In this document: positions 22,787 to 30,459 of the stretch, in pieces
Layout of the letters: each line of letters opens with the position of its first letter
Position numbering within the stretch: the stretch's first letter is position 1
Assembly: GCA_022711575.1 (NCBI GenBank)
Contig: JAKLES010000002.1
Span: forward strand, 1 to 49,908
Source: Deltaproteobacteria bacterium
GTDB taxonomy: Bacteria; Desulfobacterota; Syntrophia; Syntrophales; Smithellaceae
Direction: 5' to 3'
DNA: 49,908 nucleotides
Position numbers and translations under genes: made by a program
The notes under the pieces: generated by a model
The model's database searches: none
What the model was told of the DNA's origin: nothing
The model's input: only the letters and a program-made list of their open reading frames with translations

Positions 22787-24046
22787 ATGAACATAACAGT
22801 CCCAAAGCAAGTAATTGAACTTGCAATTGAGAAGCAAGATATTGTTAATAATATTGTTAATGATGTAAAGTCTAAACTAACTTCTGGTGTTGAGGTAGGA
22901 CCAACAGAGAAGGTTATTAGTCCTGATATGTTTAGTAATGTTGAAGACTTTGATAAGTTCCTCCGAGAATGGCCAGGAGGACTTATTTTTATGCAAGCAG
23001 GAACATATATTACTACTGGTTATTCTAGCAATGAACCAGAAAAAGGATCTTACATTCCTCCAAGAACTGCCTTACAAGGAGAGCCTGGGACTTTCGTCCA
23101 ATTATGTCCTCCTAGCTATGCAACAACTGGTTTTTTGAGAGCATTAGGAAGTCCAGTTCATAGAAAGGATCTTTATGGTGGGAATTCTTCTGTAAAAGAT
23201 CTAGTAGTTTTATCATTACCAAGTATGCCAAACTTAGTAATTTCATCAGTCAACTTGTGTGGTCCTAATTGCGAAATTGAACGTGTAAGAGTTTGTAGTC
23301 AAAGTAATTTTTCTAATGACCAAGAATGTTTTCCAATCTCTATTTCAGACTTGCCAGATTATCCTTGTGATAATTGCAAGATTGAAGATTGTGTTTTTGA
23401 AGGGAACCTGGATAGTGATGGAAAACAATTCACAATAATGTCCATTGCTGGGCAATTTGCAAAAGCCAAGCGTTGTAAAATTAAGAATAATAGAGTTGTT
23501 GTTGGGAGTTTAACTATTGGATCTAGACCAAGCTATGGAAATGCTTTCACAATCTCAGGAGGAGAAGATTGTGTTATTGAGGATAATTTTCTTGATGGAT
23601 TTCTTATTGGAGTCTATCAAGACACTTGGCCTACAAATGGACTAGTTGTGCGAGGGAATGTTTTTAGAAATTGCCAGTCAGGAATTACTTTCCTAAATGA
23701 TAGTGAGAGTTTGTATAACTATGTTAAAGGTTATACTACGTGGAGAAATATTATGATTCAAAATAATATGATCCTCCTAAAAAACTCAAAAGTTGCAGAT
23801 GAAGACTGGCCGAATAGTGGGATTGTTCTTACTAACATGCGACCTCACAAACAAGGTTCAGCTATTATTGAGCCTTTTGAAAATTGTTTTGTGCAAGGTA
23901 ACTTTATTAATACTGTAAATCCTCCGGTGAAAGGAAAAGAAAACTGGGCAATTATAGCACATAACCATGAGGCAAAACCCCACAAGGGAGTTGTGGTTAC
24001 TGGGAATTGGTATAATAACATGCTAAGAATTTCACCTAATTTCTAG
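22787..24046 (+). CDS. Right-handed parallel beta-helix repeat protein (possible glycan hydrolase / lyase)
   Basis: 419 aa with repeated coil signatures: NCKIEDCVFEGN, GEDCVIEDNFLDG, VVRGNVFRNCQSGI and CFVQGNFIN. It is encoded in the early / replication arm, not with the virion genes. Confidence 0.55.
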   Translation: MNITVPKQVIELAIEKQDIVNNIVNDVKSKLTSGVEVGPTEKVISPDMFSNVEDFDKFLREWPGGLIFMQAGTYITTGYSSNEPEKGSYIPPRTALQGEPGTFVQLCPPSYATTGFLRALGSPVHRKDLYGGNSSVKDLVVLSLPSMPNLVISSVNLCGPNCEIERVRVCSQSNFSNDQECFPISISDLPDYPCDNCKIEDCVFEGNLDSDGKQFTIMSIAGQFAKAKRCKIKNNRVVVGSLTIGSRPSYGNAFTISGGEDCVIEDNFLDGFLIGVYQDTWPTNGLVVRGNVFRNCQSGITFLNDSESLYNYVKGYTTWRNIMIQNNMILLKNSKVADEDWPNSGIVLTNMRPHKQGSAIIEPFENCFVQGNFINTVNPPVKGKENWAIIAHNHEAKPHKGVVVTGNWYNNMLRISPNF

Positions 24047-24049
24047 CTT

Positions 24050-24238
24050 ATGGACCTGATAAGAATCCTAGACACAGTTATTAATCCAGACAAAATTCTA
24101 TCCTTCTATCTTGAAGATGAAAGAATTGAATTTGTTATGCTAGGAGGAGAGGAGATTTCTATTTCTCTTGATTCTGAGGAGGATGCAAAGACAGTTTTTG
24201 AAAATGTTTTAAATGCCTTAATAGCTAAAAACAATTAA
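24050..24238 (+). CDS. Hypothetical acidic protein
   Basis: 62-aa ORF. Confidence 0.45.
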   Translation: MDLIRILDTVINPDKILSFYLEDERIEFVMLGGEEISISLDSEEDAKTVFENVLNALIAKNN

Positions 24239-24243
24239 CAATT

Positions 24244-24337
24244 TTTCTCCCTCCTAACGACCTTCCTAAGATTACTCATCTTGTTGAATGATACATGTGG
24301 ACAGTCTTCAATACTCTTAGGAGGGAGAAACTTTTTT
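24244..24337 (+). terminator. Long hairpin with 14-bp outer inverted repeat followed by a T-run
   Basis: TTTCTCCCTCCTAA (24244-24257) pairs with TTAGGAGGGAGAAA (24317-24330). CTTTTTT follows. The architecture is similar to 21372-21447. Confidence 0.5.
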
Positions 24338-24344
24338 AAAACTT

Positions 24345-24548
24345 ATGGGAAAAACTTCTGCAAAATTTGGCCTCTGTGCTTGTGGTAATTCAACATCTTT
24401 GCGCAAGCGTCATGAGTGGATTTGTGAGAGATGTGACAAGTTAGAATCCAGACATTCAGATCATGGAGTAGAGGTAGTTAGGAGAATTAAACCTGATCTT
24501 AATGATTTTAGAGTAACACTTACAAACTTCCTCTCTTGTGCGAAATAA
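24345..24548 (+). CDS. Small zinc-ribbon protein
   Basis: 67 aa, with CACGNS .. CERCDK. Confidence 0.45.
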   Translation: MGKTSAKFGLCACGNSTSLRKRHEWICERCDKLESRHSDHGVEVVRRIKPDLNDFRVTLTNFLSCAK

Positions 24549-25983
24549 ACCCACAACCTCCTACTCAGGACTTACTATCCTCCTAGATAGACCCTCGCGG
24601 TTTGATAGGCAATATCTAATTTCTGCCTATGCAGGAAAAATCTTTGAAAGATTTATCTCTCCCTTAGACCGGAGGTCTATTGATATTCAAACTCTTGATA
24701 CTTTTCGAGAGTTCTATCCAGAAACTAAAGTTGTAATGTTGCTAGGAAAAGACTCCCTCGCGTTGTTTAAACAAGGAGTAACTTTACAACAACAAAGAGG
24801 CTCACCTTTTAAGATAGGTTCAAAAACTTTCCTGGCATCTTTCCCTCCTCAAGATTGTATTGATATAAAAAACTACGAAGATAGCTATTATGAAAATGAA
24901 ATCGAAGAAGACTGCACAAAAGACAGTGATGAAAAATCCACAAAAGGAGCAACCCCAAGAAGTGAATATGCTTTTTGGTTTGAGCGAGACTGCAAGAAAG
25001 CTTTGCGATACTTGCGAGAGGATCCAAAAATTATTGAGTTCAAAAAAGTTATCAACCCTCCAATTACAGACATTACACGAGCTTTGCTGGGACTACAAGG
25101 ATCTGAGTTGTTTCTTGATATCGAAACTGCGGACGACTTCAGACTCACTTGTATTGGACTTGGTTTCGACAATGTTATCTACACAATCCCAATCTCCAGA
25201 TATAGCCCACTTGAAATTACTCTTACAAGCAACCTCCAAGATACTGCAAACTTCCTCCGAGCACTTGCCGTTGCAATGGTCAGAAATTTAGTAGTAGTTC
25301 ACAATGCAATGTTTGATCTTTGGGTGCTTGCAAAATATTATAAAATCCCAGGAGGTAAGAATAACTTTGACACAATGATAGCACATCATAGGTGTTATCC
25401 AGGTGTTAGAAAATCCCTCGGGCATTGCTTGTCATTATATACTGACCAGCCATATCATAAAAACGAGGGTGTGTTTAATCCAAAAACCCCCGCACAAGAA
25501 AGGCAACTATGGGAGTATAATGCAAAAGACATTGAATCATTAATGATTTTAAAACCAGAAATCCTAAAACGCGCTAAGATACTTGGTGCTGAGAGGTCTA
25601 TTGAAATTGCTAATAGAATGATCAGACCTTATCTTACTATGACGCTCACTGGTATAGAACTTGCTGAGAACAAACTAGAAAGTGAGATAGCAAGTTTGCA
25701 AAAAGAGGATGTGCAAACTTTGAGGCTAATTAAATTGCTTGCTGGAAGCGAATTAAATCCTAATTCTCCTAAACAAATGAGAGAGTATTTGTTTGATGGA
25801 CTTGGGTATAAAGCGTTTAAGTTTTCGGAAAAAACTAAAGAAGCCTCGACAGGGATAGAAACTCTATTAAGATTACGTATTAAACATCCAGAAAACCATG
25901 TCTTAGGTTTGTGTTTAAAACGCCGAGGGATCGCAAAGAAACTTAGTATGATAGAAAGTTTGTATGCCAAAGAAACTACATAA
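24538..25983 (+). CDS. Family-A DNA polymerase, N-terminal fragment (unassigned N-domain + 3'-5' exonuclease + thumb start)
   Basis: Exo I is LFLDIETAD, Exo II is VVHNAMFDLWVL and Exo III is EYNAKDIESL. The C-terminal RRGIAKKLSMIESLY matches the K-L-x-S-T-Y region preceding the fingers. The ORF stops before the O-helix and palm motifs. The first ~110 aa loosely resemble a degenerate UDG-like fold (low confidence). Confidence 0.75.
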   Translation: MRNKPTTSYSGLTILLDRPSRFDRQYLISAYAGKIFERFISPLDRRSIDIQTLDTFREFYPETKVVMLLGKDSLALFKQGVTLQQQRGSPFKIGSKTFLASFPPQDCIDIKNYEDSYYENEIEEDCTKDSDEKSTKGATPRSEYAFWFERDCKKALRYLREDPKIIEFKKVINPPITDITRALLGLQGSELFLDIETADDFRLTCIGLGFDNVIYTIPISRYSPLEITLTSNLQDTANFLRALAVAMVRNLVVVHNAMFDLWVLAKYYKIPGGKNNFDTMIAHHRCYPGVRKSLGHCLSLYTDQPYHKNEGVFNPKTPAQERQLWEYNAKDIESLMILKPEILKRAKILGAERSIEIANRMIRPYLTMTLTGIELAENKLESEIASLQKEDVQTLRLIKLLAGSELNPNSPKQMREYLFDGLGYKAFKFSEKTKEASTGIETLLRLRIKHPENHVLGLCLKRRGIAKKLSMIESLYAKETT

Positions 25984-26089
25984 AGAACTGGTTAGGTCCG
26001 CCGCAAAAGCAGGACTTAAAGGAGCACAAAGGGATGCTTATGTTTATGGAACACTTGCAAAGATAGAAAAGAAGAAAGGAAAGAAATGA
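25964..26089 (+). CDS. Small basic protein (41 aa, below the track cutoff)
   Basis: Read by eye: MPKKLHKELVRSAAKAGLKGAQRDAYVYGTLAKIEKKKGKK. It overlaps the polymerase fragment stop, and its own stop overlaps the next ATG (ATGA at 26086). Confidence 0.35.
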   Translation: MPKKLHKELVRSAAKAGLKGAQRDAYVYGTLAKIEKKKGKK

Positions 26090-26301
26090 CCTCCGAGGAG
26101 TTTAATAAAGAAATAACAACGCTTATGGAAAAAGCTACAAAAGACCTTGGTCCTCATAAAGTAGCTAGTTGTTTGTCACAACACTTAGGAAATTACTTAT
26201 TTGCAATTAATAATCATTATGAAAACCTTAGTAAAGATCCTTCCAATAATACTGCTAACTCTAACTCTAACAGCACAAACTTCAGTGGTAAGAGTAGTTA
26301 A
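26086..26301 (+). CDS. Small protein with a Asn/Ser-rich C-terminus
   Basis: 71-aa ORF. The N-terminal 44 aa look coherent. The last ~27 aa overlap, in another frame, the signal-peptide coding region of the next gene. Confidence 0.4.
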   Translation: MTSEEFNKEITTLMEKATKDLGPHKVASCLSQHLGNYLFAINNHYENLSKDPSNNTANSNSNSTNFSGKSS

Positions 26302-26548
26302 ACTTATTTGGGATGCAAACCCTCCAGAGGAGAACATTCTTTACTATTCTGTAAAGTGGTCTTCAACATCTGGTGGACCTTACCTAACAGTTACAAATGT
26401 AACAACTACAAACGCAACAGTTATTTTAAAAGGAGGTAGGAATTTCTTCATTGTAACTGCTGTAAATAACTTTGCAGAAAGTGATCCCTCCGAGGAAGTA
26501 TATAGACACATTGCCCCAGGGCGAGTAAAGAACATAAAAGCACAATGA
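26219..26548 (+). CDS. Secreted fibronectin-type-III-like domain protein
   Basis: The signal peptide is MKTLVKILPIILLTLTLTAQT (start moved to the internal Met at 26219). KLIWDANPPEENILYYSVKWS..YLTVTNVTTTNATV..FFIVTAVNNFAESDPSEEV has an FN3-like strand pattern. Confidence 0.55.
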   Translation: MKTLVKILPIILLTLTLTAQTSVVRVVKLIWDANPPEENILYYSVKWSSTSGGPYLTVTNVTTTNATVILKGGRNFFIVTAVNNFAESDPSEEVYRHIAPGRVKNIKAQ

Positions 26549-27999
26549 AAATCCTCCTCATCAATCCATTCTATACTTCTAACTGTTCTACTAGATGGTA
26601 TCCTCCTGAGCCTCTTGGCTTATTATATCTCCGAGAATCTATAAGAGCTATTTATGGATCTAAAGTAACTGTCAAAATCCTCGATGCTCAGACAGAAGGT
26701 GGAGAAGAAATAAAAAGGACACCTAGTGGATATAGAAATGGAATGATTGATGGGGAGATTTTAGATTTCCTAGATAGCTATAAACCAGACATTGTTGGAA
26801 TTACCAACAACTACACATTTGGTGTAAAAGATGCAGTTGAAATTGCAAAACTTGTAAAACATTTTGGTAATCCTGTTGTTATCCTCGGAGGAGCTAATGC
26901 CACAATGGACCATGAGAGGCTTATAAAACTTCCCTGGTTTGATTATGTTGCTAGAGGCGAGGGAGAAGATTTGTTTGTTGAGTTTGTAAAAGGTTTTATT
27001 GATGGAGGAGTTGAAGATATTCTTGGGCTTACTACAAAAAACAAAATAAATCCTCCTAGAACATGTTTAGTTGATCTAAGTAAACTTCCAATCCCACGTA
27101 GAGATGAAATCCCTTTTGATTTGTATTCTAAATATTCAAAATATCCAATGTGCCCAAAGCAACGTCCAACTGCAACAATATCTTCTAGTAGAGGTTGTCC
27201 TTTTAGATGCACCTTCTGTTCTACTCAAGCTGTTTGGGGGAATAATTGGCGAGGGATGAGTGTAGAGAGGATGTTAAAAGAAGTAAGTTACTTACACAGC
27301 TTAAGAGTTAGAGAAGTTTATTTCTATGATGATCAACTTCTCAGAGATAAACTTAGAATTGAAGAATTTTGCCTCAAGTCTATTGAGTATTTTTCTGACA
27401 TGACATACTCTACCCCGGGAACTTCTCCTATGTTGATGTCTGAGGAACTTCTTGAACTTATGTCCCTCGCAGGATTTTATCGCTTGTGCTTTAGTGTTGA
27501 CGTAGGGACTGTGAAAGTTGCAAAACTAGTAAAGAAACCTGTGAAGCTTGAAAAAGTCCGAGGACTTGTAAAGAAAGCAAACACTCTTGGTATGTGGACT
27601 TGGGGAACATTTGTGATGGGATTCCCTCAGGAAACAAAAGAGGACATAAAGGAAATGATAACCTATGCTTCCTCGCTGGGATTTGATTTTGTAAACTTTT
27701 TTATGTTACAACTACATAAAGGGAGTGAGATATATAACAACCTAATAAGAAGCGGAGTTATTAAAGATGACTTGCATGGGTCAAATAGTATGGATTATCC
27801 TCTCTGTCCCTCGGAGCATTTATCCCAACAAGAGCTAATTGCTTTGCATAAAGAGGCTGAGAAAACATTTTATAAACAAGTAGCAAGGAGAGTTTTTAGC
27901 TCAAGTTTTATAAAAGAACTATGGCCAAAAATCAACACGTGGACAAAATTTAAATATGGAGTAAAACTATTATGGAATCTAATAAAGATGAAAATATAA
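26545..27999 (+). CDS. Radical SAM enzyme with N-terminal B12-binding-like domain (class B type)
   Basis: The CxxxCxxC cluster is SSSRGCPFRCTFCS. The N-terminal Rossmann-like region is KILLINPF..PPEPLGLLYL..DIVGITNNYT..VVILGGANAT, as in cobalamin-dependent radical SAM proteins. Length is 484 aa. Confidence 0.75.
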   Translation: MKILLINPFYTSNCSTRWYPPEPLGLLYLRESIRAIYGSKVTVKILDAQTEGGEEIKRTPSGYRNGMIDGEILDFLDSYKPDIVGITNNYTFGVKDAVEIAKLVKHFGNPVVILGGANATMDHERLIKLPWFDYVARGEGEDLFVEFVKGFIDGGVEDILGLTTKNKINPPRTCLVDLSKLPIPRRDEIPFDLYSKYSKYPMCPKQRPTATISSSRGCPFRCTFCSTQAVWGNNWRGMSVERMLKEVSYLHSLRVREVYFYDDQLLRDKLRIEEFCLKSIEYFSDMTYSTPGTSPMLMSEELLELMSLAGFYRLCFSVDVGTVKVAKLVKKPVKLEKVRGLVKKANTLGMWTWGTFVMGFPQETKEDIKEMITYASSLGFDFVNFFMLQLHKGSEIYNNLIRSGVIKDDLHGSNSMDYPLCPSEHLSQQELIALHKEAEKTFYKQVARRVFSSSFIKELWPKINTWTKFKYGVKLLWNLIKMKI

Positions 28000-28226
28000 G
28001 ATGCTTTCAATGCTCCAACATTGGCGTGACGATGGATGAGAACATCCGGCTTGAAGAAAAAACCAATATTGATGGCTCAAAATACTGGTGCGCCAAGCAG
28101 GACATCGGAACATTGTTTGGTTCTAAGGTCCACGGTGAATGCTCTGGAATAGGGAGGACTAAAGAGCAAGCTTTGGAGAGATTAAAAGAAGATATTAAAA
28201 AACTTGGAGAAAGCTTGTGGTATTAA
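27972..28226 (+). CDS. Hypothetical protein
   Basis: 84-aa ORF overlapping the radical SAM 3' end. An internal Met at 28032 is an alternative start. Confidence 0.4.
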   Translation: MESNKDENIRCFQCSNIGVTMDENIRLEEKTNIDGSKYWCAKQDIGTLFGSKVHGECSGIGRTKEQALERLKEDIKKLGESLWY

Positions 28227-28252
28227 TATGGAGTAAAATTATTAGCTAAGAG

Positions 28253-29248
28253 ATGAAAACCACCACCACCTACTCAATCGCTGGTCCTGATACATTTAGA
28301 CTAGCTTCTAGGAAGTGTCCAGATGGTTCAGGAACAAACATGCAAAATTGGGATAAGGATGTTAGGTCTCTAGTTATTCCCTCCGAGGGAAAGATCCTAG
28401 GCCAATCTGATCAGTCTGGAGCAGAAGCTAAGATTGTAGCATATCTGTGTCGGAAAGGAAACTTCAGAGCATTGTTTGATAACAACATAAAACCTCATGT
28501 TTATGTTGCAATGCAGTTGTTTCAAGAGAAGTGGAAATCTTATTGCGAGGGAGTTTCTAGGCTTTGCTGTTTAAAAATCCAAGACTTAAAACAAGATCCA
28601 GAATTCAAACCTCTGGAGAAACTAATTAAAGAGTCTGACAACTGGCCTCCTAGTAAGCGTTATTACTACATGGCAAAGCAAGTATGTCATGAGACAAATT
28701 ACAAAATAGGCAAAAATGAATTTGTCTCAAACACATTAAAGAAATCCGAGGGAGCAATTGTTTTAAAACCAGAAACAGCACAAGAGTTTTTAGACTTTTA
28801 CTATAAGTTATTCCCTGAAATTCTTGAATGGCATAGAGCAATTGAGAACCAAGTCCGAACAACAATGTTGTTGAAAAATTTGTTTGGACACCCTCGTAAG
28901 TTTACTGGACTTTTCCGTCCTGACTTGCTTAAAAAAGCCCTCGCATTTATTCCACAATCCACTATTGGAATGATTACAAATATTGCAATAGTAGAATTGC
29001 AAGAACGAATAGATAATGGAGAACTCCCTGGACTTGACTTGCTACAAAATGGTCATGATAGTATTTTGTGGCAATGTTATATTGGGGATGAAAAAGACAT
29101 GGCTGTTGAGGTAGCTAAACATCTAAACAGAAAACTTCTGTCTCCTCGCGGGGAACCATTTTCTATGTCTAGTGAAGTTGCTGTTGGATATAATTGGAAA
29201 CCCGCTAGTGAGAAAAACCCAGAAGGACTAAAAGAAATTATACTATGA
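28253..29248 (+). CDS. Family-A DNA polymerase, C-terminal fragment (fingers / palm)
   Basis: TFRLASR..GTNMQNW corresponds to TGRLSS..PNLQNIP. Motif A is ILGQSDQSGAEAKIVAYL (D-x-S-x-x-E). Motif B is YYMAKQVCHETNYKIG (K..N-Y-G). Motif C is LLQNGHDSILWQC (H-D-E/S). Confidence 0.75.
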   Translation: MKTTTTYSIAGPDTFRLASRKCPDGSGTNMQNWDKDVRSLVIPSEGKILGQSDQSGAEAKIVAYLCRKGNFRALFDNNIKPHVYVAMQLFQEKWKSYCEGVSRLCCLKIQDLKQDPEFKPLEKLIKESDNWPPSKRYYYMAKQVCHETNYKIGKNEFVSNTLKKSEGAIVLKPETAQEFLDFYYKLFPEILEWHRAIENQVRTTMLLKNLFGHPRKFTGLFRPDLLKKALAFIPQSTIGMITNIAIVELQERIDNGELPGLDLLQNGHDSILWQCYIGDEKDMAVEVAKHLNRKLLSPRGEPFSMSSEVAVGYNWKPASEKNPEGLKEIIL

Positions 29249-30459
29249 CCAACCTTGAACACTGGAGAAACTACCTCCGGGACTTGGAATCCCCACTTCC
29301 TCTTATTGATTGGCCTTTATACTTTGCAGTTGCAGCATCTCTTGAAAGACGTGTTTGGTTTGGATCTTCAAAAGGTTTTGAGATATTTCCAAACATTTAT
29401 GTTATTGTTGTAGGAGGACCATCAGTAGGAAAGTCCCTCCCAATGTCAAGAGCAGTAAGTATGTTGGAAAAACTCCAAGCAGTAAAAGGAGGAACATTGC
29501 AAAGTGCTTTAACCATTGCACCTGACAGTGTTACTCTTGAGAGGCTTACACAAATTCTTGCTTCTTGTGGAGATAGTAAGATTTTAAAAAATCCAGATGG
29601 CACAATCAAAAGAATCCCACATAGTTCTATCTCTATTGCCTCCGAGGATCTAGCAGTTTTGTTTCGTAAAAACACTGAGGATCTTGTGAGATTTTTTGTT
29701 CAAGGATATGATGCTCGTAACTATAGAAGGGAAACCAAAAACCAAGGAAAGGATCTAATTACAAATATTTGCATTTCCTTTTACGGTTGCACACAGCCAG
29801 AATTTATCTCCTCCCAAGACGCCTCTTTAATAATTGGACAAGGCTTTGGTTCGAGAGTTATATTTCTATGGGGAGAAGATAAAAGATTTCGAAAAGCCAA
29901 GATAGAAATAGATAAAGAACAAGAGCAAGACTACGAGGCAGTTAAAGCACATTTACAAAAACTTACAGAACTTTGTGGAGAAGTTAAGTTTTCTTCTGAG
30001 GCAGAAGAATTCTTTGTTTATTGGTATGAAAAAGACTTCGATAGAACAGTAGTAAATTCAAATAAAAAACTTGAAGCCTACTATGGGAGGAAAAAACTCC
30101 ATGTTAGAAAACTTGCAATGATCTTACATTTCTTAGATAATTTTGAGTTTGAGGTTCAAAAATCCTCCGTAGAAAAAGCTCTAAAACTTCTCTGTAGTGC
30201 AGAAATCGAAATGCACAAAGCATTATGTGCAACTTCTAAAAATGTCCTCGCAACAATCTCAGAAAAAATCCTAGAATGCCTAGCAAAAAATGGCCGAGAA
30301 ATGTCTATAAAAAGAATCCGCCTAGCCATGTTTGACCAAGCGGATGTTGAACAGCAAGATAAGTGTTTGGAATTCTTAAAACAAACCGGGCAGATAAAAA
30401 TTATCGAGTCAAAGATTCTACTGCTCGGGGAGCAACATAACGAGTCCGGAACTTCTTAG
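29245..30459 (+). CDS. P-loop NTPase (possible replicative helicase or primase-associated ATPase)
   Basis: 404 aa with Walker A VIVVGGPSVGKS. It is the last gene of the replication arm. Its 3' end overlaps the convergent 1519-aa gene by 59 nt. Confidence 0.5.
   Translation: MTNLEHWRNYLRDLESPLPLIDWPLYFAVAASLERRVWFGSSKGFEIFPNIYVIVVGGPSVGKSLPMSRAVSMLEKLQAVKGGTLQSALTIAPDSVTLERLTQILASCGDSKILKNPDGTIKRIPHSSISIASEDLAVLFRKNTEDLVRFFVQGYDARNYRRETKNQGKDLITNICISFYGCTQPEFISSQDASLIIGQGFGSRVIFLWGEDKRFRKAKIEIDKEQEQDYEAVKAHLQKLTELCGEVKFSSEAEEFFVYWYEKDFDRTVVNSNKKLEAYYGRKKLHVRKLAMILHFLDNFEFEVQKSSVEKALKLLCSAEIEMHKALCATSKNVLATISEKILECLAKNGREMSIKRIRLAMFDQADVEQQDKCLEFLKQTGQIKIIESKILLLGEQHNESGTS

Noticed and set aside
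26086-26301. Calling the 71-aa ORF a RiPP precursor for the radical SAM enzyme
   Set aside because: The only support is adjacency and small size. There is no recognisable leader or core motif, and part of the ORF overlaps the FN3 signal-peptide coding region. It is kept as a hypothesis within the cassette finding and is not annotated as such.
25984-28252. Intein or self-splicing intron as the cause of the split polymerase
   Set aside because: The N-fragment ends with an ordinary stop and the C-fragment has its own ATG. There are no Cys/Ser..His-Asn-Cys/Ser/Thr intein junctions. The insert carries five independently coupled ORFs rather than a ribozyme core plus a homing endonuclease.
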